DNA from: an uncultured archaeon
GTDB lineage: Archaea > Thermoproteota > Nitrososphaeria > Nitrososphaerales > Gagatemarchaeaceae
NCBI GenBank assembly: GCA_963799775.1
Contig: CAWCYD010000003.1
Coordinates: 1,088,001 to 1,152,000, forward strand
Direction: 5' to 3'
DNA: 64,000 bases
Made by a program: the position numbers and the translations under genes. Under the pieces are notes generated by a model that was given only the letters and a program-made list of their open reading frames with translations, was not told the DNA's origin and did not search any database. Shown in pieces: positions 21,184-31,028 of this stretch. Each line of letters starts with the position of its first letter. The stretch's first letter is position 1.

Positions 21184-22642
21184 ACGCGCAGTACGTCGCG
21201 ACCGCGGCGAGCAGGGCACCTACGACGAAGAAAAGGTCGACGGCCGAGATGTACTTTTGAATCGAGACACTTCCGGTCAGCTTCTCTCCGTACAAGTAGA
21301 TTCCAATCAATATGGTTCCTATAGCGAGGCTGATGCTCTGCCCTGTCGACCTCATCATCCCGAGGATGCCGTTTGACATGGCCCTGTCCCCCGGGGGCAC
21401 CGAGGCCAGGTTGGCGTTGGTGTTGCTCGGGGCGAATGTCCCGACCCCGGCCCCCAGCATCGCGAGGAGGAAGGCGATTGTCATCGTCGAAGTCCCTTCA
21501 GTCAGGGTCGACAGAAGTATCAGCGCCGCCGCCGCAATGACACATCCCGCGACTGCCGGGTCCCTGCTCGCCGTCCGGCTCGCTATCCATCCCCCGAACA
21601 CCGCGAAGATGGTCACGGTGAGGGGCTCGACCGTCAGGAGGAGGCCCGCCGTGAGCGGGCTGAATTCCCGAATCAGCTCGAGATAGAACGATAGGAGGAT
21701 CAGCGTTCCGTAGTGCGCCATGTAGATGAAGAGGGCCGAGAAGTTCGTGGAGGCGAACATCGAGTTGGTCCTGAAAGTGTTGAAGTTGATGAGGGGGAAC
21801 GGCGTCCTCGTCTCGCGGATGACGAACAGGACCGTGGAGATTATCCCCACGGCGCCGATTAGGGTGAGCGGGATGGAGAGCTCGTAGTTGAGGTACGAGT
21901 AAAAGTGGAGGCTGGTCCCGGGAAACGGGATGTAGATGTCCCGGATGTACGTGTTGATAGCCGATAGGCCGTTGGCAGCCGCAGTCAGGGCGACCAGGGC
22001 CGAGCCGAGTGCCCCCGCGAAGAATATTGCGCCCAGCCAGTCGGTCTTGATAGCGAGGTTCTTGGGGCTCTCCCTGAGGACGAGAAGGGAGATAGGAATA
22101 GCCACGGCCGCGATGAGGGCGTTCGCATAGAAGACGTACCTCCAGCCAACCGAGGCGGTGATGGTCACGATGCCCCCCGTCAGGGCCACGCCGACGGTCA
22201 TCCCGATGTAGATTACCGAGATGTGGGGCCCTAGCGCAAAGCCCCGGAGCTTGGGCTCGAAGGCGTCGACGATGAGGGCCCGCCCGTTGGAGAGGATGAA
22301 GGCCCCGCCCAGCGACTGGATGACCCTGTAGATCAGAAGGTCGTAGATTGTCAGCGAGTTGCCCGAGAGGTAGGCCCCTATCGAGAAGAGGACGAGCCCA
22401 AGGATGAAGTAGCGCTTCCTCCCGTGCCTGTCGGAGAACCTCCCGAAGATCGGCATGAAGGCTGCGGTGATGATGAGCGACTCGAGCGGTACCCAGAGGA
22501 CTACCCCGATGGGGGCCTGGAGGCTTATCGCGATTGTCGGAAGGATGAGCGACATTATCCCGGTGTCGAGGGGAGGGACGAAGTTGCCAAGGTTCACAGC
22601 TGCGAGCGAGAACCACTTGCGCCGTTGCGCCAGTGACTGCAA
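21140..22642 (-). CDS. MFS transporter, DHA2 (EmrB/QacA)-like
   Basis: About 14 TMs; GRFSDRHGRKR motif A, GWRYVFYAN, DWLG, PLINF. Confidence 0.9.
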   Translation of the reverse strand: MQSLAQRRKWFSLAAVNLGNFVPPLDTGIMSLILPTIAISLQAPIGVVLWVPLESLIITAAFMPIFGRFSDRHGRKRYFILGLVLFSIGAYLSGNSLTIYDLLIYRVIQSLGGAFILSNGRALIVDAFEPKLRGFALGPHISVIYIGMTVGVALTGGIVTITASVGWRYVFYANALIAAVAIPISLLVLRESPKNLAIKTDWLGAIFFAGALGSALVALTAAANGLSAINTYIRDIYIPFPGTSLHFYSYLNYELSIPLTLIGAVGIISTVLFVIRETRTPFPLINFNTFRTNSMFASTNFSALFIYMAHYGTLILLSFYLELIREFSPLTAGLLLTVEPLTVTIFAVFGGWIASRTASRDPAVAGCVIAAAALILLSTLTEGTSTMTIAFLLAMLGAGVGTFAPSNTNANLASVPPGDRAMSNGILGMMRSTGQSISLAIGTILIGIYLYGEKLTGSVSIQKYISAVDLFFVVGALLAAVATYCAFRGRESAEASREMA

Positions 22643-22748
22643 CCTGAATCACGACCGATTGTGCCCTTTAAGACCGTTCCGAGACAGCTCGAGCCACGGC
22701 CGAATCGGAGTCCGACCAATCCACACTTAAAGTGCGGACCCGGCCCCA

Positions 22749-24691
22749 ATGGCGATAAGACCTGTTGAAGGACCGCGCCCCTGTCGTGAAGAAGTCCTGA
22801 CCGGGCTGCTCCTCTTCCTGCTCGTCTCCATCGCTATTCCGAGGGGAGCTTCTGCGTCGTCCGGCACCTCTAACGCCTCAGGAGCGGCGTGGACGACCAT
22901 GAACGCGAACGGGAACCACACGAACTACGTGCCCCAGGACCAGGTCTCCGCCTCCAACGTCCAGAACCTTCAGGTGGCCTGGACCTTTCCTTTCCCCGCG
23001 GCCTACAACGTCCCTGGACTGGCTGTGACCGGCGAGGGGTCCATCTCCCCTCCGCTGGTCGTGAACGGGACCGTGTTCGTCCTGACCAACTTCCTCACCG
23101 TCTACGCGATAAACGGAGAGACGGGCGCCGTGGTGTGGTCGTATGTCGCGCAGCTGAACACGACAGGCCTGCCTTTGGGGCCGTTGGTCGGGCACATGCA
23201 CGGGATGAATTACTACCGGGGCGACCTGTGGGTGAATCTTCCTGATTGCTCGGTCTTGGCGCTGAACGCGCTCAGCGGGGCCGTCGTCATGAGGATTAGA
23301 GACATCTGTGCGGGCATCCCCGGGAACGCAGGCTTCTACGACTCCTCAGGTGTCCCGCCCGTCTTCGACGGCGACACGATGATCTGGACGAGCTCGGTCT
23401 CCGAAGGGACGGACGTCGGCAGGGGGTTCGTCGCCGCCTACGACATCACGGATGGGCAGCTGCTCTGGAGATGGTATGTCGCTCCGCCCGCCGGCGGCGA
23501 CCCCAACTGGGATGCTGACTCCTGCTCCGTCAACGCGACTTCCAGCTGCCACGGGAACGTGAGCCCCTACGTCGGAGACTGGGGTGGGATGGGCATGACG
23601 ACCACAATCAACGGGACGACGAGCCACCCTCTGGCGGGAGCAGGCCCGAGCTTCGGGTGCACCGGTCGTAGATACGAGACGCGGCGTGGTCTTCGTGTCC
23701 ACGTCGCAGCCCTCTCCGGATTGGAACGGGACTTACAGGCCCGGGCCTGATCTCTATGCAGACTCGATAATAGCCCTCAACGCGACGAACGGGCACATGC
23801 TCTGGTTCTACCAGACCACGCCCCACGACCTCTTCGACTTTGATTGCGGCTGGAACACCGTCCTCGGGAACGTCACCGAGGGAGGGACGGTGCACGAGGC
23901 GGTCTTCAAAGCATGCAAGAACGGCTACGTCTACGCGATAGACGCCGTCGCGGGGACGCTGCTCTGGAAGTTCGACCCTCCTTCCGTTACGAGGAACCTG
24001 ACTGGTAACGCGAACTATGTGGCGACCGGGAACTACTCGGCCACGCTCCCCTGGATAAACTACCCTTCGACACAAGAATTCGAGCAATGCCCTGGGGAGA
24101 ACGGGGCCATCGAGTCGGACATCGCCTACGCCTACTCGACGGTCTACGTCGCCACATACAACTTCTGCACCTTTGGGCAGGTCGCTCCCGTCTCGACCGA
24201 GGGGGCGCTTGTCTGGGGGGTGAAGGACCTCACGCCGGATTGGCAACATGCGAACACGACGATATACGCGATAAACACGTCGACGGGGAACGTCACCTGG
24301 AAGTACTTCATGCCCACGATCCCGTATCGCGGGTGGCTGACGGCAAGCAACGGCCTGATCTTCGCCGGGAGTTTGGACGGGAGCATCCACATCCTGGACG
24401 CGAAGAGCGGGAAGCAGGTGTACGACCTCTATCTGGGGCCGCCGCTCTACGAGAGCCCGACATTGGGCACGGCTCCGGACGGCCAGGTGTATCTCTACGA
24501 GCTCGTGGGGGCGCCCGGATACGAGGCGTTCCCGGGAGGCGTTCCGGGAGACGTAATCGCCCTCGCGCTCCCGCCCCAAGCGTCGACGTCCTGGGAGACC
24601 TTCCTCCCTGTTGCTGCCGTGGGTGGCCCTTGCGGCGATCGTCACGGTCCTGCTGATCGAAAACAGGTCGTTGAGGAGGCGGAACCGATGA
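22749..24691 (+). CDS. PQQ-dependent-dehydrogenase-like beta-propeller 3 (frameshifts near 23660 and 24622)
   Basis: VSASNVQNLQVAWTF, GRGFVAAYD, YRPGPDLYADSIIALNATNG..WFYQTTPHDLFDFD, CPGENGAIES; the corrected C-terminus gives TM then RRRNR-stop at 24691. Confidence 0.85.
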
Positions 24692-24702
24692 CAGAGGTGC
24701 GC

Positions 24703-25509
24703 CTATCCGGAGAGCGAGTCCGAGAGAGGCCTGTCCTGGATGACGTAGGCGACATAGATGGCGTCGTGCAGGCTCCAGTAGATGTCTGCCATCGACTCCG
24801 CGGCCTCGATCGCCTTCTGCTGCATCTCTCTAGTCCTACAATACCTGAGCACTATTCGGAGAGTGGTCTCGTTCGCTTCGTCGAGCTGGCCCAGCCTCGA
24901 CATGAAGAACCTGTAGCCCTCAGGCTCGATCCAAGGATAGTGCCTCTTGAAGGCCTCGATCCTCTTGACGAGCTCGCCCTTCGCGAAGTACTCGATGAGT
25001 GATGCTGCGACCCCCTCGGTCCAGTCCGCCCTCCTCGCAAAATTGACGTAGCCGTTGACCGCGAACCTCACCCCGGGCAGGCACCTCGCCCTGAGGATGT
25101 CGTCCCTCGCGACCCCTGCGGACTCGGCGAAGCCTATCCAGCCCTCCACGTCTCCTATGCTCCCGCCCAGTCCCTCCCTCTTCAGTATCCTCCCGATCCA
25201 GAGCCTGCGCACCTCGGTCTCCGGGCAGTTGGAGAGGATGGCGGCGTCCTTCAACGGGATGTTCTTCTGGAGGTAGAACCTGTTGATTATCCAGGCCCTG
25301 AGCTGCTTCGGGGTCAGCTTCCCAGAGTAGAGCATCACCATCAGGGGGTGCTTGTCTTGCATCTTGTCCTTGAGCTTGGTCTCGAGGAGTCTCAAGAACT
25401 CCTTCCTCTCGAGGGCAGCCCCTGCACCTGACTGCGGCGAGAGGGTTCCCCTCGGTGGGACGGGTCTGCGACGGCCGGCGACGCTCCGCTGCTTCGAAGA
25501 CTTCCTCAT
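24703..25509 (-). CDS. pqqC: PqqC-like protein (pyrroloquinoline-quinone synthase family) with substituted catalytic residues
   Basis: WIINRFYLQKNIPLKDAAILSNCP, LPGVRFAV..YVNFARR, HYPWI and SRL are typical of PqqC; several catalytic His/Tyr/Lys positions are replaced. Confidence 0.85.
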   Translation of the reverse strand: MRKSSKQRSVAGRRRPVPPRGTLSPQSGAGAALERKEFLRLLETKLKDKMQDKHPLMVMLYSGKLTPKQLRAWIINRFYLQKNIPLKDAAILSNCPETEVRRLWIGRILKREGLGGSIGDVEGWIGFAESAGVARDDILRARCLPGVRFAVNGYVNFARRADWTEGVAASLIEYFAKGELVKRIEAFKRHYPWIEPEGYRFFMSRLGQLDEANETTLRIVLRYCRTREMQQKAIEAAESMADIYWSLHDAIYVAYVIQDRPLSDSLSG

Positions 25510-26282
25510 TCCTTGAACCCCCTTGTCTTGACCTCATAGATGCACGCCGAGGAGCCGCCTCCCTCCTTCTGGTCGAGCCTCTGTATGCTAGTCCTTCCGC
25601 TGTGCTTGCCTTTGATTGCGCCCGTGAGCATCCCCCTCGTGAAGGAGCAGACGAGGCTGCCGTACTCCTTGTTCTCGAAACAGCCCGAGCAGTGGATCAT
25701 AGAGTCCCCGCGCTTCCTCGTCTCAAGAGTGAGATGGGCCATGTTCTGGTCTTCGAGGTAGCCTACCAAAGCCTTCAACCCGCTCTTCATCGTCGAGAAC
25801 TTCACGAAAGGGGCGATGAGCTCATGGCCGACGCGCTCGCCAAAGCCCTCGAAGACCGCGTCGTTCATCGAACCAGAGTCTGCGGTGAGCCTGAAGAGAT
25901 GGTAGAGGAATATCTCGATCTCATCCGCTGGCTTTCTTGTCGGCTCTAGGTGCCAGCTCACCAGTAGCTTCTCGAAGAGTTCGTCCAGCCTTCCCAGCGC
26001 GCCTTCTTGCTCGTCTCGTCGTCTCGCGAGGACGAGGCCGCCATGCTTGAGGGCGTATGTCTTGCTGTAGACGCCTCCCCTTATGCTCTTGATGTCTGCG
26101 ATCTCAATCATGTCCCTCCTCAGGAGAGTCTTGGTGTGGTAGGAGACGGTCGCCTTCGAGACTCGTAGCTCCTTCGCAATCTCAGTCGCCGTCGAAGGGC
26201 CCTTTGAGAGGACGGTCAGGATCGCGTCCCTTACCCAGCCCTTTAAGGGGCTGGAGCCGCGGATTTCTAGCAGCTGGCTCAT
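25506..26282 (-). CDS. ArsR-type winged-HTH plus V4R-domain transcriptional regulator
   Basis: RDAILTVLSKGPSTATEIAKELRVSKATVSYH; C-terminal V4R motif HCSGCFE...VCSFTRGMLTG...ACIYEV; stop overlaps the pqqC start (ATGA). Start could extend to 26327. Confidence 0.85.
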   Translation of the reverse strand: MSQLLEIRGSSPLKGWVRDAILTVLSKGPSTATEIAKELRVSKATVSYHTKTLLRRDMIEIADIKSIRGGVYSKTYALKHGGLVLARRRDEQEGALGRLDELFEKLLVSWHLEPTRKPADEIEIFLYHLFRLTADSGSMNDAVFEGFGERVGHELIAPFVKFSTMKSGLKALVGYLEDQNMAHLTLETRKRGDSMIHCSGCFENKEYGSLVCSFTRGMLTGAIKGKHSGRTSIQRLDQKEGGGSSACIYEVKTRGFKE

Positions 26283-26346
26283 TCCAGTTCGGTTAATTCT
26301 AACTGATTCCTCTATAAAGGCTCGCAATTACCTATGACCAATCGCA

Positions 26347-26886
26347 ATGCCTGGAGAACGCGCGAAAGGGAAGAATCACGTCGACGAGACGCTAAGGATA
26401 GGCGAGGCAGGACCCAAGGGGAAGGGCGTCTTCGCTACGCGGAGGATAGAGCCCTTGGACCTTGTCTGGGACTACGCGGGGGAGGAGAGATGGATCAAGG
26501 ACATCCCGAAGAAGCTCTGGCGATACTGCTTCCAGGTCGACTACGACAGATACGTGATGCCGGAGAAGGGCTCGCCAGGCTGGTTCATGAACCATTCATG
26601 CAAGCCCAACTGCGTGATCATTGGCAGGACGAGGATAGTCGCTCTCGGGCGCATAGAGAAGGGGGACGAGGTGACCTTCGACTACTCGACCAACGTCGGC
26701 TGGGACGGGTTCTCGATGAGATGCCATTGCGGCACGAAGGAATGCCGAGGCACGGTCAAGAGCTACAAGTTCCTCCCAGACGAGCTCAAGATGAGGTATG
26801 GCGCGTGCGTCTCCTCGTTCCTCTTGCGCGTTACGTGGCATCGCGGAACCGGTGTAGCCGTTCCTCCCGACGGCGCAGCCAAATGA
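26347..26886 (+). CDS. SET-domain protein-lysine methyltransferase with post-SET Zn motif
   Basis: KGKGVFATRRI, FMNHSCKPNC, GDEVTFDY, CHCGTKECRG. Confidence 0.92.
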   Translation: MPGERAKGKNHVDETLRIGEAGPKGKGVFATRRIEPLDLVWDYAGEERWIKDIPKKLWRYCFQVDYDRYVMPEKGSPGWFMNHSCKPNCVIIGRTRIVALGRIEKGDEVTFDYSTNVGWDGFSMRCHCGTKECRGTVKSYKFLPDELKMRYGACVSSFLLRVTWHRGTGVAVPPDGAAK

Positions 26887-27613
26887 GGATCGGCATTGTC
26901 GCCATGAAGGCCACTACAGCAATCACAGCCGAGGCACCGCCGTAGAAGTAGACCCAGTTCTTGAAAGGGCTCTCTGAGTAGCGCTGCGAAAGCGGAGGGC
27001 CCGATGTTTGCCACTGTGGGAAGGTCGTCGCGCCCCCGCTGTACTGGGTGGAGAATGACTTGAAGTTCCATGACTCTTCGGATATCAACCATTTTCCGTC
27101 GGAGTGGACGTAGCGGTACTGGGCGTTTACGTTCCCATTGAAGTACCCCAGGTCGGCGTTCTCTCCGCTCAGGAAAATGCTGCCGTTCACCATGGCGACG
27201 TTGGGGCTGCCTGAAGGGAGGCTCGAAAGGCCGCCGCTCGATATCATCATCCTGGTCGTAGACGAGAGGAAAGCGACCAGCAGATTCCGCACGCTGTCAA
27301 TCCCGTTGTAAGACCCCGCGAAAGAAAGCGTGTTGCCAGACCACACGACCGAGGCGTTCTGGGAGTAGTCCGAAATCGCCTCGCCAGGGTTGAGGTTTTC
27401 TAGGTTTTGGAAATGACTCTGGACGATCGACTGGTCGAACGAGCCTGAGGCTGCAGTAGTGGTCGCCGCTGGCTGGCTGATACTTGGAGGCACCAGCTTG
27501 AACAGGGCGAAACCAAAGATGACCAGGACCATCAGACCCACGAGGAGCCAGAAATGAGGACGAGAGGTGTCCAACTCCTTGAAGACGTGGTGTCTGGAGG
27601 CGGCGGTCTTCAA
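26831..27613 (-). CDS. NTF2/SnoaL-like domain protein with N- and C-terminal TM helices
   Basis: HFQNLENLNPGEAISDYSQNASVVWSG...YNGIDSVR...GKWLISEESW; paralogue of 1..706. Confidence 0.7.
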   Translation of the reverse strand: MKTAASRHHVFKELDTSRPHFWLLVGLMVLVIFGFALFKLVPPSISQPAATTTAASGSFDQSIVQSHFQNLENLNPGEAISDYSQNASVVWSGNTLSFAGSYNGIDSVRNLLVAFLSSTTRMMISSGGLSSLPSGSPNVAMVNGSIFLSGENADLGYFNGNVNAQYRYVHSDGKWLISEESWNFKSFSTQYSGGATTFPQWQTSGPPLSQRYSESPFKNWVYFYGGASAVIAVVAFMATMPILIWLRRREERLHRFRDAT

Positions 27614-27622
27614 TAAGCGTCG

Positions 27623-28978
27623 CTACCTCCACTTCTTCCTGATCGCGAAGGCCATGAACGCTAGGCCAGCCAAGAGAAGGCAGAGGGAGATGAACCCGGA
27701 ACGCGCTCACGAACCCGAGGAACCCCACCATGAACCCGATGGAAATTGCGGCGATGCCGTACCCAGTGTGCTCCATCGCGTGATTGGTTCCCATTATGGC
27801 GGCGCGACTGGATTGGTTGGTCGCTTCGGCAAGGATCATGAGCTGGCTTATTCTGATCATCGCGATAAAGAACCCGTGGGCGAACGATGCTATGATGAAG
27901 ACAGGGAGGGTGGAATAGATGAAGACGGCCCCGATTGACAACGAACTGCCTACCAAACCGGCGACGAGGTACGGCATTCGCCTCGTGCCCCTGTCGAGCC
28001 GATGCCCAAGGGGTATCATCACGCTGACCGTGGTGAGCGCCATTATGGTCGCAAAGTATCCGTAAAGAGCGCCATAGAGCGGCACGGTAGCAGTCAGGGA
28101 ATGCGCGTAGAGCGGCACGAACTGGAAGAAACCTGAGAACCCGATTCCCCCGTCTATCGTCGTGAGCAACGCGACGCTGACGATCGGAGTCTTGAAGGCC
28201 TTGATGTAGTCACTCCAAGAGGCGCTGTGGGCATGCTCCTCCATGCTTATCGGAGCGTCGAGGCCGAGCGGATGTGGTTCCACGTTCACCTCTTCGCTGC
28301 CGTGCATCGGCTTCATCCTGTAGGACGCTCCCTTCACCTCAGGCATGAGAAAGAAAGCGATCACAGCAGACAAGGCCATGAGGTAGAGCGCGTCTTGGAA
28401 GACGGCGATGCTGCTCCCCGTGTTATCGCGCCAATCGCCGTTCCCAGGCCCGGGCCGAACGCAAAGCCGGCGAACTCCACACCATCGACCAAGCCGTATG
28501 CCTTGCCCATCTCCCTGTATTGTTCCGCGAGATCTGCAGAATACGAGAGGGTGCTCGCAGTGTATGTCCCGTGAGCTATGCCGAGCAGGCACAGAGAGAG
28601 AGTCATGGCCGCCAAGAATTCGGGGAGCGCGGTGAACGAGTTCGAGACGATGAGCGAGCCGAGGGCGACCGCCCCCATAGAGGAGCCGATGATCGTCAGC
28701 TTCTGGCGGCCGTACTTGTCGCAGAGATGACCCATCGGGACTGATATCAAACCCGAGGTGACGAGATAGATCCCGGAGATGCCACCCACGAAGGCGTACC
28801 CCACGGTCCCCAGCTGGAAGGTAATCGTCAGCTTGTCTGAGAGGAAGACGAGAACGATGATGAAGGACGAATATTCGGCGACATGGGTAAGAAAGCCTAC
28901 AGCCCCGACTCCCGCGAAGAGCCTGACGAAGTGCGAGACTCCGCTTCGAGGGCGCTTTTGTCTCAGTCTTGTTACCAT
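27623..28978 (-). CDS. MFS transporter (frameshifts near 28420 and 27700)
   Basis: GHLCDKYGRQK motif A and second-half GHRLDRGTRR; about 12 TMs across the fragments. Confidence 0.8.
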
Positions 28979-29254
28979 GGCACTAGCTGGCCTCCTGCCC
29001 TGCTCCGGTGAGGAGCGTGCTCAAGTTAATAGGATTTGGCTGCTATATATGTAATAAAGATTACTTATCTTGAGAAGCTTATGCTGTGACTATTAGTGCC
29101 CACCTGACGCCATATTAACACTGTTGACTGGGCCTTGCGGATGCCAAGCGGTGGTCAGAGGCAGCGGTGAGGTCGGGGTGTGCCTGCGCAACGCCCCTGC
29201 ATACCGATAGCCGACCAGAGAAGTCGGGGGCTGACCATCATACCATGGCGCGTG

Positions 29255-30184
29255 TCAGGGTTCGGGCCCTTCGTGCGTGTACCCTGGCCCGGGTTCAAGA
29301 GGCATGTGCCGCGACCTCCGAGTCATGTCGTGGGGAACCCGATACCTGAGACTTGCGTGTATGGCCCTGACCAGGATGTATAAGCCGAATACTTCCGCAG
29401 TTATGAAGAAACTGACGGGGTACGGGGTGTAGTAGGCGATGAAGAGCCCCGACCAGGTCGCTGCGACCGCTATCGCAACCGAGATGATGATGGCACGCTG
29501 CGGGCGCCTCGCGAGATACACCGAGGTTGCTGCAGGTGTGACCATCAAGGAGAAGATAAGAAGCACGCCAGTGACCTGGACCGAGAAGGACACCGACACC
29601 GCGACGATCAGCATGAACATGGTGCCTAGGAAGAGCATCGGCATGCCCTTTGCTTCAGCGACATCCTCGTCCAACGACGCGAAGAGCAGCGGCCGATACA
29701 GGAACCCCAGCAAGATCAAGATCACTCCGCACCCTTCAAGGCTCAGATAGACGGCGCTCGTGCTTATTCCAAGTATCTCACCGAAGAGAATCGAGTACGC
29801 CTCGGTCGAATAGCCGGAATACAGACTGAGAAACAGGAGTCCGAGACCGAGCGAGAATGCAAGCACTATGCCGATTTGGGTGTCTCGGTTCGTGGCGCGG
29901 CGGCCGAGCGCCGCTATCGCTAGGCCACCCGCAATTGAACCGCTCAGGAGGCCGATGATCGGGGCGACGTTGATTAGGATTGATGCCGCGGCACCCGCGA
30001 ACCCAATTTCCGAGAACGCGTGGGCGGTGAATGCGGATCGACGGAGCACCACAAAATAGCCCGTGACGCCGGCCAGGACCGCGATGATCGTGCCCGCTTC
30101 GAAGGCGTGCTGCATGAACTGGTAGTGCCACATCTGCTCGACGTCGTAGAAGATGTTGGGACTGATGTTGAAACTGCCGCTCAC
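29255..30184 (-). CDS. Zn/Mn ABC transporter permease (ZnuB-like)
   Basis: GYFVVLRRSAFTAHAFSE, LFGEILGI, SLDEDVAEAKG, VTGVLLIFSLMVTPAA. Confidence 0.92.
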   Translation of the reverse strand: MSGSFNISPNIFYDVEQMWHYQFMQHAFEAGTIIAVLAGVTGYFVVLRRSAFTAHAFSEIGFAGAAASILINVAPIIGLLSGSIAGGLAIAALGRRATNRDTQIGIVLAFSLGLGLLFLSLYSGYSTEAYSILFGEILGISTSAVYLSLEGCGVILILLGFLYRPLLFASLDEDVAEAKGMPMLFLGTMFMLIVAVSVSFSVQVTGVLLIFSLMVTPAATSVYLARRPQRAIIISVAIAVAATWSGLFIAYYTPYPVSFFITAEVFGLYILVRAIHASLRYRVPHDMTRRSRHMPLEPGPGYTHEGPEP

Positions 30185-30185
30185 T

Positions 30186-31028
30186 CTAGGCCGCCCCAGG
30201 AGCGCCGTGATGCTCTTCCACGCCGATTATAGCGACGTTGCCGTGGGGGTCGCGAAGAACCTCCACCTGGACGCCGTAGAGCGCGGTAAGGCTCTCGGAT
30301 GTCAGGACCTCTTCAGGCCTCCCCGTGGCGACCTTGCCGTTCGCGATATACATTACCTTGTCGAGGTGAGGCAGAAGAGGGTTGATGTTGTGAGCGATGA
30401 GCAACGCGGTCACCCCCCGGTTCCGGACGATGTCGTTCACCAGGTGAAGGAGCTCCGTCTCACGACGGAGGTCGAGATTAGAGAGCGGCTCATCCAGCAG
30501 GAGGACATCAGGGTTGCTCACAAGGGCTTCAGCAAGAAAGATCCGCTGGAGCTCTCCCCCAGACATGACTCCGAGCGGCTTGTGCGCGAGCTCCGTCGCG
30601 CCGACGGCCTTCAATGCATCGAGCGCAGCGTCTCGGTCCTTATGGTCGATTGGATTGAAACCCCACTTCTTCCCTGACAAGCCCAGCCGGACCAATTCGA
30701 GGGACTCGATGTTGGTCTCGTTGTCGATCGTATGCCTTTGAGGAACGTAGCCTATTCGCGGGCTACCACGGGTAGGATTCCCTCCGAAGAGCTTGAGGCT
30801 GCCGGCCAAGGCGGGCTGTAGCCCCAAAAGCAGGCGAAACAGCGTGGTCTTTCCAGCGCCGTTCGGGCCTATTATGGCCACGAACTCGCCGCGACCGAAC
30901 TCGAAGTTCGCGTTTTGCCAGACGACCTTATCCCTGTAACCGGCCGCAAGGCGCTCAGCCGTGATGAGCCCTATTTGCACTCCCACGGCGAGTGTCTTCG
31001 AGGCCCTATTCATTTGTTTAGCCGCCAA
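30186..31028 (-). CDS. Zn/Mn ABC transporter ATPase (ZnuC-like)
   Basis: GPNGAGKTT, MSGGELQR, LLLDEP, IAHNI, LYGVQV. Confidence 0.92.
   Translation of the reverse strand: MAAKQMNRASKTLAVGVQIGLITAERLAAGYRDKVVWQNANFEFGRGEFVAIIGPNGAGKTTLFRLLLGLQPALAGSLKLFGGNPTRGSPRIGYVPQRHTIDNETNIESLELVRLGLSGKKWGFNPIDHKDRDAALDALKAVGATELAHKPLGVMSGGELQRIFLAEALVSNPDVLLLDEPLSNLDLRRETELLHLVNDIVRNRGVTALLIAHNINPLLPHLDKVMYIANGKVATGRPEEVLTSESLTALYGVQVEVLRDPHGNVAIIGVEEHHGAPGAA

Noticed and set aside
29130-29230. tRNA-Leu-like D-arm sequence TGCCAAGCGGTGGTCAGAGGCA
   Set aside because: No T-arm or acceptor stem can be formed.
17000-29250. A pqqA precursor peptide (ExxxY) or other pqq genes near pqqC
   Set aside because: Intergenic gaps were read by eye and no W..P...ExxxY micro-ORF, radical SAM, PqqB or PqqD gene was found; they may lie elsewhere in the genome.
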